This document shows, one piece after another, positions 41,101 to 49,662 of a stretch of 64,000 bases of DNA (position 1 is the stretch's first letter; each line of letters opens with the position of its first letter). The stretch is from an uncultured candidate division Zixibacteria bacterium. GTDB taxonomy: Bacteria > Zixibacteria > MSB-5A5 > RBG-16-43-9. The stretch lies in assembly GCA_963713865.1 (NCBI GenBank), contig OY970208.1:1376001-1440000 (forward strand), given 5' to 3'. The position numbers were made by a program, and so were the translations under genes. Under the pieces are notes generated by a model that worked only from the letters and a program-made list of their open reading frames with translations, ran no database searches and was not told where the DNA came from.

Positions 41101-41296
41101 TTAAAGGAATGGTAAACCCTCCCAAATTCTGGTCATTATAAATATAGACTTTAACTGTAACCTGCTGGCTGGGACCCACGGTGAGCTTTTGTTCTACTCT
41201 ACAGGTGTCAGGGTTACCGGTGTCCTGGGAGAAGGCAGGGGGAGTAAGGAAAAGAAATAACAGAAGCATTAAAAAAACTAATCCTCTTTCTTTCAT
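38156..41296 (-). CDS. Large secreted protein: cohesin-like N-domain, Ig-like domains, six FN3/cadherin-like DPDPxD repeats, C-terminal dockerin-like domain
   Basis: Signal peptide; 'VTVKVYIYND..LGGFTIPLTF...GSGPICTIYF'; six 'W..DPDPxD..Y...YYWKV.AKD' modules; 'GDANADAKANVTDVIYLINYLFKGG'. Confidence 0.78.
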   Translation of the reverse strand: MKERGLVFLMLLLFLFLTPPAFSQDTGNPDTCRVEQKLTVGPSQQVTVKVYIYNDQNLGGFTIPLTFYNPDNLDLRCDSIHWESRFTSNPAQSYAGDPTSPNYVDTANYRMNIWAVWSGAFNAGSGPICTIYFTTSSTWKSDIGIIIDSTFVPPANQLEFTNSATALGFTPKYVAGCLGSALEILDPDGGEVWYVGENKDILWRSVGFTGNVKLENSTNSGTAWTTIIASTPNDGTHTWTIPNTPSANNRVRVSDAADGAPKDRSDADFSIPDFTIGATPGSRTIDVGASTNYTVNLGYLYGFAHPCTLSVSGLPGGTTASFSPNPVKSPTTSSVMNVNTTGSTPAGTYTLTIQGTGSQTHSTTVILVVNVAPAAFTLISPDSGSTVSTLTPTLRWHKATDPDPLDTVKYTLYYSKESDFTPIDSFYNIADTFRVMPALSDDTVYYWKVKAVDKWGKTTLSNNTWNFRVYYPQQPATFSLVYPPNLDTIYQYSDTLRWRSTTDPDPGDSILYDLYYDSRSGFPNPVIVANLPDTFYYFTGQDDSTYYWKVLAKDINTSGRWSTQINWRFNVYVPQAPNSFSLASPDDKDTLILHPKLYWHKATDPDPNDQLSYKVFWSLDSLIYTDSSGAITDTSYTLPGLLNDIIYYWKVRVKDKFNLTTWSTQPYWSFRTLNVAPSSFALISPSNGSTVSVLTPTLRWNKPSDPDPLDAISYIVYYSRDNTFAVYDSVLSTDTLETLTTSLYDDSTYYWKVKAKDSYGGESWSTDPYWSFHVYYPQQPNTFTLLSPLNNATLSDSTFTFYWQSTTDPDPGDSILYDLWYDINSGFTNPRKIINLKDTTRTVTVRDDSSYYWKVQARDINTSGRWSTGTFKVTLYVPQPPKPFSLVSPPNEDTLSSLEPTLIWRKAKDPDPGDVVKYDLYYDTIPDFSTAVVVANLTDSTYTTPQLEIGIFYWWKVKAKDTNTQGTWSTQTFSFYVPSCMPGDANADAKANVTDVIYLINYLFKGGPPPQPILTCGDIQCDGKVNVSDVIFMINYLFKGGPAPGC

Positions 41297-41523
41297 ACTA
41301 ACCTCCTTTCTTTGGGTTTTAATTTAGATAACTATTCTTAAGAAACTTAAATGATGGGAATTTCTCAAAGTCGATCTCGGTTTCCATTTTTGAATTACAA
41401 AAAAGAGGAAAAAAGACTTATATACTTAATGTAAATAATACTTTCATTTTGTCAAGTTAAAATTAGTGTTTTTTTAGGAATTAACCCAATAAAGATAGGT
41501 TTTGTTTGGTTTTAATCTAAGAA

Positions 41524-41536
41524 TATCAAGAGGTTA
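41524..41536 (+). promoter_or_regulatory. IHF consensus site
   Basis: TATCAAGAGGTTA matches WATCAANNNNTTR; in the divergent intergenic region. Confidence 0.35.
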
Positions 41537-41805
41537 AGGGTTAGAAGGTTAAAGAGGATTGATCTGATGATTAATGACAAATATCGAATGATTTATAATA
41601 AAACCATTCTTTGCTTATTCCTTTTAAAAAGGAGGTTATAGATTGGTATGGGCGAGGACTTCTCGCCCTTTACTTATCTACCCTTACAACTACACCTTTT
41701 TATAATTTTCATTTTCCTTGACAAAACAATGAATGAGATTTAGTTTATTTAGATAGAGGAGTATAATTATCGTTTTAACAAATATAATTTTCAAGAGGAG
41801 AAAAG

Positions 41806-43977
41806 ATGAAAAGAGTATTTAGATATTTTGTGTTTATCATCTCTATTCTAACCCTTTGCTCTTCGGTTTATGCACAAAGGTATATGCAAGCAAGAATACA
41901 CTTTAAAGATAAAGCGGAGATGAAAAAGGTTTTAAGCCTGGATTTAGATAGAGCTTATCTAAAGTATGGTGAGTATTTAGATATAGTTACAGATTCAGCC
42001 GAGGTTGAAGAGCTAAGAGCTTCAGGCTATCAGGTCGAAGTGGTAATTGAAGATCTGGTTCAGTATTATCAAAGGAGGATGAAAAAGGCTTTAGATATGG
42101 GTGGGTTTCATACTTATGATGAGACCGGGTTAGCTCTGGATTCGATTCATAACCTGTATCCGCAGATTACTACCTCTAAAATTACCATTGGCTATTCTTT
42201 AGAGGGAAGGCCAATCTGGGGAATGAAGATCTCTGATAATCCGGATATAAATGAAGATGAGCCGGAGGTGTTCTATAGTGCCCTGATTCACGCACGGGAG
42301 CCTATAACTATTGAAGTATTGCTATACTTTATGCGATATCTGTGCGGGAATTATGGTTCTGATTCTCTGGCTACTTTTCTGGTGAATAACCGGGAGTTAT
42401 GGTTTGTCCCGATTATAAATCCAGATGGTTATGAATTTAATCGTTTGACTGAACCGTATGGTGGAGGGATGTGGAGGAAGAATAGAAGACTTAATTCAGG
42501 CGGTTCTTACGGAGTGGATTTAAACCGGAACTTCGGGTATATGTGGGGATATGATAACATAGGTTCTTCTTCTGTTCAGAGCTCTGAGATCTACAGGGGA
42601 ACAGGACCGTTTTCCGAGCCAGAAACGCAGGCTATCAGAGCATTCGTTGATTCCTCAGAATTTGTCTTAGCCTTGAATTATCATTCTTATGGAAATGATT
42701 TTCTCTATTCATGGTGCTATGATGACCTCTATACGCCAGATCAACAAATTTTCAAAGCTATAGGGGATAGCGTTCAAACTCTGACCGGATTCTGGGCTGG
42801 AACCAGCTGGGAGATATTGTATAATACTAATGGAGATTCGGATGACTGGATGTATGGGGAACAAACTGAGAAGAACAAAATCTTTGCCTTTACTCCGGAA
42901 GTAGGAGATGAGTATGATGGTTTCTGGCCTGACCCTTCGAGGATAATCCCTTTAAGCGAGTTAATGCTCGGAACTAACCTTCTGATAGCTACAATAGCAG
43001 AAAATCCTTATATATTTTTATCTCCCGATCCACCGGTTTTAGCTGAACTGGATAGTGTGGCTACTGATAGCTTTAGTTTAAGCTGGATTCATTCTGATAC
43101 TCTTAATCCAGCAGTAAGCTACACTTTATTGGAACTCAAAGACCTTAACGTTGAAAGCTATGATGGCGAGAGTGGAACTGCTGGCTGGGATTTAAGCGGG
43201 TTTACGCTTTCCACAACCAAAAGTTATTCCCCCACTCACTCTCTTTTCTCAGGCTCCGGTGATGACCTGGATAATTACGTGGTAACATCAGATTTCATCT
43301 CTATTCAGCCGGGTGATACTCTGACCTTCTGGTGTAATTATGAAATAGAGGAGGGATATGACTATCTCTATGTAGAGGTATCATTTGATGGAAAAACATT
43401 TCAGTCCATTCCTGGAAATATCACTACCAATGATAATCCTTATAGTCAGAACCTGGGGAACGGGATAACCGGAAGCTCTGGAGGCTGGATTAAAGGGATT
43501 TTCGATTTAAGCCAGTTTGAAGATAAAGATATCCTTTTACGTTTCCATTATAAGACAGATGTGTGGATAGCTTATTCGGGGTTTTATGTGGATGATATTT
43601 ATCCTGTGGCGAAATTTCAGAGGAGTTCCATCTTAGCAGATACTATATCTCAAAAGAATTATCTGGTTCAGAGGAAATGTTCGGATGTTTACTACTATAA
43701 ATTGAAAGCTAAAGATGCTCAGGGTCAGGAGAGCCTGTGGAGCAAAAGGGAAAGAGTGGCAGTTGGTCTTGATTTCATACGGGGTGATACCAATTCTGAT
43801 GACAAGCTCTCCTTAGGGGATATAGTTTTTCTCATAAATTATCTTTTCAAGTTTGGACCTGCACCTGAACATTCGCAATCCGGTGATGCTAATTACGATG
43901 GTAAAGTCAGCCTTGGGGATATCGTCTATTTGATCAACTATCTATTTAAAAGCGGATCGCCGCCGTGCGTGGATTAA
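41806..43977 (+). CDS. M14 zinc carboxypeptidase (carboxypeptidase T-like) with jelly-roll domain and C-terminal dockerin-like domain
   Basis: 'IHAREP', 'NPDGY', 'WRKNRR', 'GVDLNRN', 'SEPET', 'YHSY', 'FTPEVG'; 'GDTNSDDKLSLGDIVFLINYLF'. Confidence 0.92.
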   Translation: MKRVFRYFVFIISILTLCSSVYAQRYMQARIHFKDKAEMKKVLSLDLDRAYLKYGEYLDIVTDSAEVEELRASGYQVEVVIEDLVQYYQRRMKKALDMGGFHTYDETGLALDSIHNLYPQITTSKITIGYSLEGRPIWGMKISDNPDINEDEPEVFYSALIHAREPITIEVLLYFMRYLCGNYGSDSLATFLVNNRELWFVPIINPDGYEFNRLTEPYGGGMWRKNRRLNSGGSYGVDLNRNFGYMWGYDNIGSSSVQSSEIYRGTGPFSEPETQAIRAFVDSSEFVLALNYHSYGNDFLYSWCYDDLYTPDQQIFKAIGDSVQTLTGFWAGTSWEILYNTNGDSDDWMYGEQTEKNKIFAFTPEVGDEYDGFWPDPSRIIPLSELMLGTNLLIATIAENPYIFLSPDPPVLAELDSVATDSFSLSWIHSDTLNPAVSYTLLELKDLNVESYDGESGTAGWDLSGFTLSTTKSYSPTHSLFSGSGDDLDNYVVTSDFISIQPGDTLTFWCNYEIEEGYDYLYVEVSFDGKTFQSIPGNITTNDNPYSQNLGNGITGSSGGWIKGIFDLSQFEDKDILLRFHYKTDVWIAYSGFYVDDIYPVAKFQRSSILADTISQKNYLVQRKCSDVYYYKLKAKDAQGQESLWSKRERVAVGLDFIRGDTNSDDKLSLGDIVFLINYLFKFGPAPEHSQSGDANYDGKVSLGDIVYLINYLFKSGSPPCVD

Positions 43978-44046
43978 ATTGAAATTCACAGGGGCATCCC
44001 GTTAGGTGCTGGACAAATTGAACTTAAAGTTCTGCAGGGATATGAT

Positions 44047-44973
44047 ATGAAATCAAAGTTGATTTATTCTGTGGTTTTGATTTTTCTAATATCAGTTCCA
44101 TTAGCTTTAGCAGATGATGGGTTCTTTGCAGGTGAAGGAGAGACGGTCTGGCCAATTGAAAGTAAAGAGATTGAAATGGTGGCTGAGACGGTTAAAGTTC
44201 AGAGTGGGGAAGTAGGTTGGGAGGCTAAATGTATTTTCATCTTGAGGAATACGGGAGAGGAAATTATGGCTCAAGTTGGATTCCCGGATATGGTCGAAGA
44301 AGGTGATGGTGCAGATACAAGTAAGGGAACAATTGAAAATTTCAGATGTTTTGTAGATGGTGAAGAGATTCAAGTTGAACATAAGATAGCGGTGCAAAAT
44401 CTCTTGAAACCTGAGCTTAATTATCCTTTTGCCTATATCTGGAAAATGTCATTCAAAAAAGGACAGATACGTAAGATAACAAACACTTACAGTTTCAAGG
44501 GAATAGGTATTTCTGATGGTTCAGTTTCGTTAATTTACATACTGAAGACTGGTTCCTTATGGAAAGGTACCATTAAAAGTGCAGTTATTGAGTTTGATTT
44601 GGGTAAATTTGATCCTGAGTTATGTTATTCTATAAAACCTTCAGGATACGAAATTGAAAAGAATAAAATAATCTGGGGTTTTTCAGATTTTGAGCCTGCA
44701 GAGGATATCGATATATATTTTAATGCATTAGTTCAATATTGGTTGATACAAGCAGATGAATGTCTTAAATCAGATTCTATACAAGCATTGAAAAATTTGT
44801 TAGATGAAGGGCTTTTACACTGGAACTTTTATATCTATCCATCACTGAATAAAAAATTCATTCCAACAGCAGAAAAAATAATTAAAAGATTAAAGCCATA
44901 TATGGATGTAAAAGTCTATGAACAATCTCTTGCTGAGAGGGGAAAAGATCTTAAAGATATCGGACATAAATGA
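44047..44973 (+). CDS. Secreted protein, DUF4424-like
   Basis: Signal peptide; 'IEMVAETV', 'VGFP', 'YILKTGSLWKGTI'. Confidence 0.6.
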   Translation: MKSKLIYSVVLIFLISVPLALADDGFFAGEGETVWPIESKEIEMVAETVKVQSGEVGWEAKCIFILRNTGEEIMAQVGFPDMVEEGDGADTSKGTIENFRCFVDGEEIQVEHKIAVQNLLKPELNYPFAYIWKMSFKKGQIRKITNTYSFKGIGISDGSVSLIYILKTGSLWKGTIKSAVIEFDLGKFDPELCYSIKPSGYEIEKNKIIWGFSDFEPAEDIDIYFNALVQYWLIQADECLKSDSIQALKNLLDEGLLHWNFYIYPSLNKKFIPTAEKIIKRLKPYMDVKVYEQSLAERGKDLKDIGHK

Positions 44974-45128
44974 GTAAATATTTTGAAGAACTCAATAATA
45001 AGAAATAGTCATCAGAAATATTATTTTCTATAAAAATCAAAAAGCGCCATCTTTCCGCCAGGGGCGGGATAATAAAAATGGCGCTTAAGTTTTTTATAAG
45101 CTAAGATATCTGTCTTGACAAAAAAAGC

Positions 45129-45452
45129 TTATTTCTTCTTAGTTTTCTTGGCCTCATCCACTTTCTTGGTGAGCATTCCCTTGGTCCAATCGTTTGCCAT
45201 CATCTTATCGACCATGGTCGTAACCAGAGTAGTATCGTTCAGGAAGGAATCCATTACCTGGGTCATAATTGCCGGGTCCTGCATCATCTTCTGCATAACC
45301 TCTGCCTTCATCTCCGGATTTTCCATCATCTTGGTCATCATCATGGTGGCTATCTCCTTGTTAGCCATCATCCGTTCTACTGCTTTCTCCTGGCTGCAGC
45401 TTAAAAAGACTAAGAATAATACGGGGATTAGAAGGATTAGAAATTTTTTCAT
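45129..45452 (-). CDS. Small methionine-rich lipoprotein
   Basis: GAGGAGGTG SD; lipobox FLSC; five 14-aa repeats. Confidence 0.75.
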   Translation of the reverse strand: MKKFLILLIPVLFLVFLSCSQEKAVERMMANKEIATMMMTKMMENPEMKAEVMQKMMQDPAIMTQVMDSFLNDTTLVTTMVDKMMANDWTKGMLTKKVDEAKKTKKK

Positions 45453-45767
45453 TTAGTTCACCTCCTCGGGTTAAAAAGTTTTAGTGAATTTAATCTCCAG
45501 TGAAGTAGTTTGTCAAGTAAAATTAGTAAAATTTGTAAAGAATGGTTAGGGGTAAGACGTGAGACGACAGATGTAGGGGCGAGGTAACCTCGCCCAAAAG
45601 TAATCCCACCTTTTAGTTGGTTCGGGAATTCCAATTTCTGCACAAACGAGCATGTGGGTTTAAAATAGGTAAACCCACGTTACCCTCAACGTGGGTTAAA
45701 AAATGTAGAGACGCATTGCATGCGTCTCCATTATCTTTCATCGTCGGGCGTAAAGCCCGACGCTACG

Positions 45768-46508
45768 TTAAGAGGTATTCTCTGCCATTTTCAATACATA
45801 AATAGTCCAGGGAGCAATCCTGGTTTCATTGACCCATTGGTAGGGCTCATTCCCTTTGGCTAAGGGCTTGTGGGTTTTGACTAATTCTAATCCTGCCTGC
45901 TTAAAGGTCTCCCGGTAATACTCATCCGTCCAGATAATATCCTCTACCGGTCTTTTATCCTCCAAATCTGTTACGATTATTTTTACTATGTCTCCGCTTT
46001 TTGCATATTTATTCTCCGGGAAATCCTTAGTAGAAAATGATGCCCATTCATTTGTGTATATTTCAGGTGATGAGACCAGGTTAACTATTCTTCCTTCGCT
46101 TTTCAGCAGACTACGGAGTTCTCTGAATAGTTTGACCTTCTTTTCCATGGTGGGGATATTATCAAATGTAAATGCGGACAGGACAAGATCACAGGTATTA
46201 CATTTCAACTGGCTAAAGCCTTCATCTTGAATAAGACGATAATCTCCATTTGGATCAGTTTCTCTGGCTTTCTTTATCATACTCTCTGATATATCGATTC
46301 CGGTAACATCAAATCCAAGTTTTTGCAGAAATCTGGTAGAGCGTCCGGTGCCGCATCCAAAATCTATGGCTTTTCTTCCTTTTACCTGTTCAAATATGAT
46401 TTCAGGTAAATCCCTGTAGGCTAAATAATAGGTGTTATGAAACTCCAATTTAGCATAGGCTTCCGCATACTTAGCATCTTCATAGGTATTGGAAAAGTCC
46501 ATAATCAT
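45768..46508 (-). CDS. Class I SAM-dependent methyltransferase
   Basis: 'AIDFGCGTGRSTRF', 'GIDISESMI'. Confidence 0.88.
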   Translation of the reverse strand: MIMDFSNTYEDAKYAEAYAKLEFHNTYYLAYRDLPEIIFEQVKGRKAIDFGCGTGRSTRFLQKLGFDVTGIDISESMIKKARETDPNGDYRLIQDEGFSQLKCNTCDLVLSAFTFDNIPTMEKKVKLFRELRSLLKSEGRIVNLVSSPEIYTNEWASFSTKDFPENKYAKSGDIVKIIVTDLEDKRPVEDIIWTDEYYRETFKQAGLELVKTHKPLAKGNEPYQWVNETRIAPWTIYVLKMAENTS

Positions 46509-46679
46509 CTTTTCAATATTGCGCTAAAAATAATAATAACCGCGTTCCCGTTCTTGAGTCAAGAGATTTTTACACGATAATTAGTAAATCTGTTTGCAAC
46601 TCTGTGATGTACTACCCATACAGAAGAGGAGTCGAGCAATCTTTAACCGCCCAGCCCATGATGACTTAGCACAAAGGAG

Positions 46680-48503
46680 TTATCTATTCTTTAAACTTAT
46701 TTTAGATTTTGTATGGATTTTAGTCCGGTAAGATTTACATTTTTCTTTGATTAAACTCAATTGAATTTCCGAAAGCTGATAGGTACCATTATTCGTTTTT
46801 TTAAATTCAGACATTCCTGTTGTTCTTGCCGCAGCTGTAACCTCACCCCAGTTAATAAAATATTCGTCAAAGTAATTAATAGGGAATTTGCTTAGTTTTA
46901 TGACGTCATCTCTATTCGGTATTCGTCCGAGTTGTTTAGATATATTTTTTACTTCAAGTTGAAGCACCTTTTTACTAACCTGATACTTTTGTTTTTTGAG
47001 TCTTTTGACAGGGCTATTCTTTGCTTTAGGAATATCACCATTCTTTCTAAATGGATCAAGACCAAATTCCAATTCTTTGTGCCTTTTAGATGCAAGCCTG
47101 TAATAATACTCTGAAAATTCAATACCAACATATCGCCTTCGCAATTGTTGCGTGGCCAAAGTTGTAGTTCCCACTCCATTAAATGGATCAAGAACTATCT
47201 CATCTTCATGCGTAAACAAAGCTATCAAGCGATACATAAAGTTCGGTGGAAGTTGGCAAGGATGATCGACTCTACGGCTATTATGTTTCAGACGGTGAAT
47301 ATCCCACCAAAGATTTGAAGTTGTTTCAGCATCCTTGTGTTTCAATAATTTTCTCGTATTCATACAGTTCGGTCTGATACAATAATTTTCCGACAATGTC
47401 TGAATTGCCATCTTCTCAAGGGCAGTTTGATTTTGACGCGTCAATCCTGGTAACGGTCTTGGTTTGCCTTTTGAAAAACAGAGTATTGAATAATGGGCTG
47501 GCATTATCATTCTGACTGGCATACTGAGCCCTTCCCAAACTATCCAGTCTTGGTAATCCATTATGGTTTTTAAATATCTAAAATACCTTATACACCATTG
47601 TGGTATATTTAATACTGCAAGAGTCCTGCCAGGTTTTAATACCCTTGCTAATGAACTTAGCCATTTGTCGCACCAACCAAAATAGGTCTGAATATCAATA
47701 CCATCATTCCAGCTTTCGTATTTTTTGTTTAGGTTGTATGGGGGGTCTGCGAAACAAAAATCTATACTGTTATCCGGAATGCGATCTAATTCTTCTAAAC
47801 AATCTCCCTTTATTAAGGCCGAATGTTTTGGATATTGATTTTCAGTATGAGAATATTTCTTATAATTTAATTTGGCATACAAAATTGGTTTGTAATATTT
47901 TCTTTGATCATATATATTCACCGATTCGTATTCAGCTAAACCGAATAAATCCTGCAATCTTTTTACGACATCCTGAGGATAGGTTTCGAAATCAACCGTT
48001 ATGTCACGCCAAACATCTGACACTAATGTTCCAAATTCGTGATAAAGATGTTTCTTGCCACCATAATCTTTTGTTGTTCTATGGCAGGAGGGACAATACG
48101 TATAGGCAATCCTTGTTTTTGTATGCCGCAAGCTCCCATGGTATCGTGTGAATATCAGCAAGGCAGCATGCCTTTGAACTAGCCCTCCCTCCTTTGAAAA
48201 GGAGTGGTCGAGCTTTACTGCTACCCAAAGCTTTAGATAGGATCGATTTTTATTTGACGCCGAACAAAAGTCTGCCGCAAATATTGGGGAACTCAGAATC
48301 GCTATAGTAGAAGTTGGATTGGCTCTGTTAAAAAAATCATTAAGATCTTTATATAGGGCTTCTTTATTTGGAATTTCCTCGATTGTTTTGAAGTAAGGTA
48401 GAATTATAAATTCTACATTTGCTCTATTAGGCATGCACATAGTGAGATTATCATTTATATTTCTTTCTTTCATAGGACTGGGATTTTCACTTAAATGTGA
48501 CAT
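46680..48503 (-). CDS. N4-cytosine/N6-adenine DNA methyltransferase (beta class) with N-terminal extra domain and C-terminal HNH-associated-repeat-like helical domain
   Basis: 'GDCLE', 'FADPPY', 'HPCQLP', 'VLDPFNGVGTT', 'GIE'. Confidence 0.88.
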   Translation of the reverse strand: MSHLSENPSPMKERNINDNLTMCMPNRANVEFIILPYFKTIEEIPNKEALYKDLNDFFNRANPTSTIAILSSPIFAADFCSASNKNRSYLKLWVAVKLDHSFSKEGGLVQRHAALLIFTRYHGSLRHTKTRIAYTYCPSCHRTTKDYGGKKHLYHEFGTLVSDVWRDITVDFETYPQDVVKRLQDLFGLAEYESVNIYDQRKYYKPILYAKLNYKKYSHTENQYPKHSALIKGDCLEELDRIPDNSIDFCFADPPYNLNKKYESWNDGIDIQTYFGWCDKWLSSLARVLKPGRTLAVLNIPQWCIRYFRYLKTIMDYQDWIVWEGLSMPVRMIMPAHYSILCFSKGKPRPLPGLTRQNQTALEKMAIQTLSENYCIRPNCMNTRKLLKHKDAETTSNLWWDIHRLKHNSRRVDHPCQLPPNFMYRLIALFTHEDEIVLDPFNGVGTTTLATQQLRRRYVGIEFSEYYYRLASKRHKELEFGLDPFRKNGDIPKAKNSPVKRLKKQKYQVSKKVLQLEVKNISKQLGRIPNRDDVIKLSKFPINYFDEYFINWGEVTAAARTTGMSEFKKTNNGTYQLSEIQLSLIKEKCKSYRTKIHTKSKISLKNR

Positions 48504-48510
48504 GCCGCAC

Positions 48511-49524
48511 CTAATTTTTGTCGATATTTTTAAGGAAATCTAAAAGTTTATCAAGCTCGCTATCTTTGAAGGTGACAATACAATCGCTAAACTGGCATAT
48601 ACTCTTCAGCGCCGAGGCTCGTTCAAAATTGCCAGCCCCATCAATGACATAAGCAATTTTGTGGCCATATTTATGAAGAAGTCTTTGTCTTGCTTGAGCC
48701 TGTCCTGCTTTTCTTTCAATGGTGCTATTAGTTGTAACCTGGAAGCTGACTTCGATCGCACAAAACTTGCCTTTAGGGGAAGAAGCAACAATGTCAAACG
48801 ACAGCGAAGTTCGATCATTCTGGCTGATTTTCGGAATCTGTTTTTTTGTCAAATCCCAGGTAGGAAGTTTGCTCTTAAGGTAGTTAACCACGTATTTTTG
48901 AGCTAAATTTCCTAGCGCATTTGCAGTCGCTCCACCGGTTATTCTACTTACCCAAATATAACGTTGTCTGACGAAAGCATCCAATTCCTTTTTCTGCCCG
49001 ATTAACGTTCCAATTAAGCATTTTTCTGTAATAACTGACGGTAACTTTTCCACTGCAGCAGTGCTGCCAAATAGAATCAGACTAATTACATCTTCCATCA
49101 TTGGAGAAAGCCGTTCACTTTGTGCAAGTCCATTGCCATCAACTTTCAAGTGCGGATTACTCCATGTCTTTCGTTTCCGAAGCGTTTGGAACTTATAACT
49201 ATGATTTGAGCCATTCCAGATAAATTCCATTGTTGAGTTTGGGAATATCATCGGCAATTCCTTCTTGAAACGCATGAGTTTTTCGCCACCTATATCGGAG
49301 AGAACAATAAGATGTTTTAAGAATAGATTTGCAGACAACTTCTTTGATGTGGCAAGCACATTCTTCCATGCAGTCGGTGATGAGTCAGCAATATTTAGTA
49401 AACTAATGAATTTATCCTGGGTCTCAAGCAGCATCGGTATTATGCTTGCATCTCGTTCTATCTCGGATAATTGATCAGGCCACCATTTGATTGCATTTCT
49501 TTCCAAATCAATTAAATCCCGCAT
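48511..49524 (-). CDS. Type II restriction endonuclease, BanI/HgiCI-like
   Basis: PD-(D/E)xK-like 'FDIV...AIEVSFQVTTNSTIERKAGQA', 'ERNAIKWWP', 'NLFLKHL', 'VSRITGGA', recalled as BanI-like; adjacent to an MTase. Confidence 0.75.
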   Translation of the reverse strand: MRDLIDLERNAIKWWPDQLSEIERDASIIPMLLETQDKFISLLNIADSSPTAWKNVLATSKKLSANLFLKHLIVLSDIGGEKLMRFKKELPMIFPNSTMEFIWNGSNHSYKFQTLRKRKTWSNPHLKVDGNGLAQSERLSPMMEDVISLILFGSTAAVEKLPSVITEKCLIGTLIGQKKELDAFVRQRYIWVSRITGGATANALGNLAQKYVVNYLKSKLPTWDLTKKQIPKISQNDRTSLSFDIVASSPKGKFCAIEVSFQVTTNSTIERKAGQAQARQRLLHKYGHKIAYVIDGAGNFERASALKSICQFSDCIVTFKDSELDKLLDFLKNIDKN

Positions 49525-49662
49525 TTATTTACTATCTCCAATTTTGTATTTACTGTTTTGCATCTGTTTTGAATTAGGTCAGAAATTCTAAGTATTTCGC
49601 ATATACCAACTCTGGCTAAGATATATTAATACTGTACTTCAACATTGGAGTCAAGACATTTT

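Noticed and set aside
47600-48151. 183-aa + strand ORF and other antisense or nested ORFs in the track
   Set aside because: Shadows of well-supported genes on the opposite strand or frame
46520-49660. Integron cassette or prophage origin of the R-M pair
   Set aside because: No attC, integrase, tRNA or direct repeats recognisable at the borders
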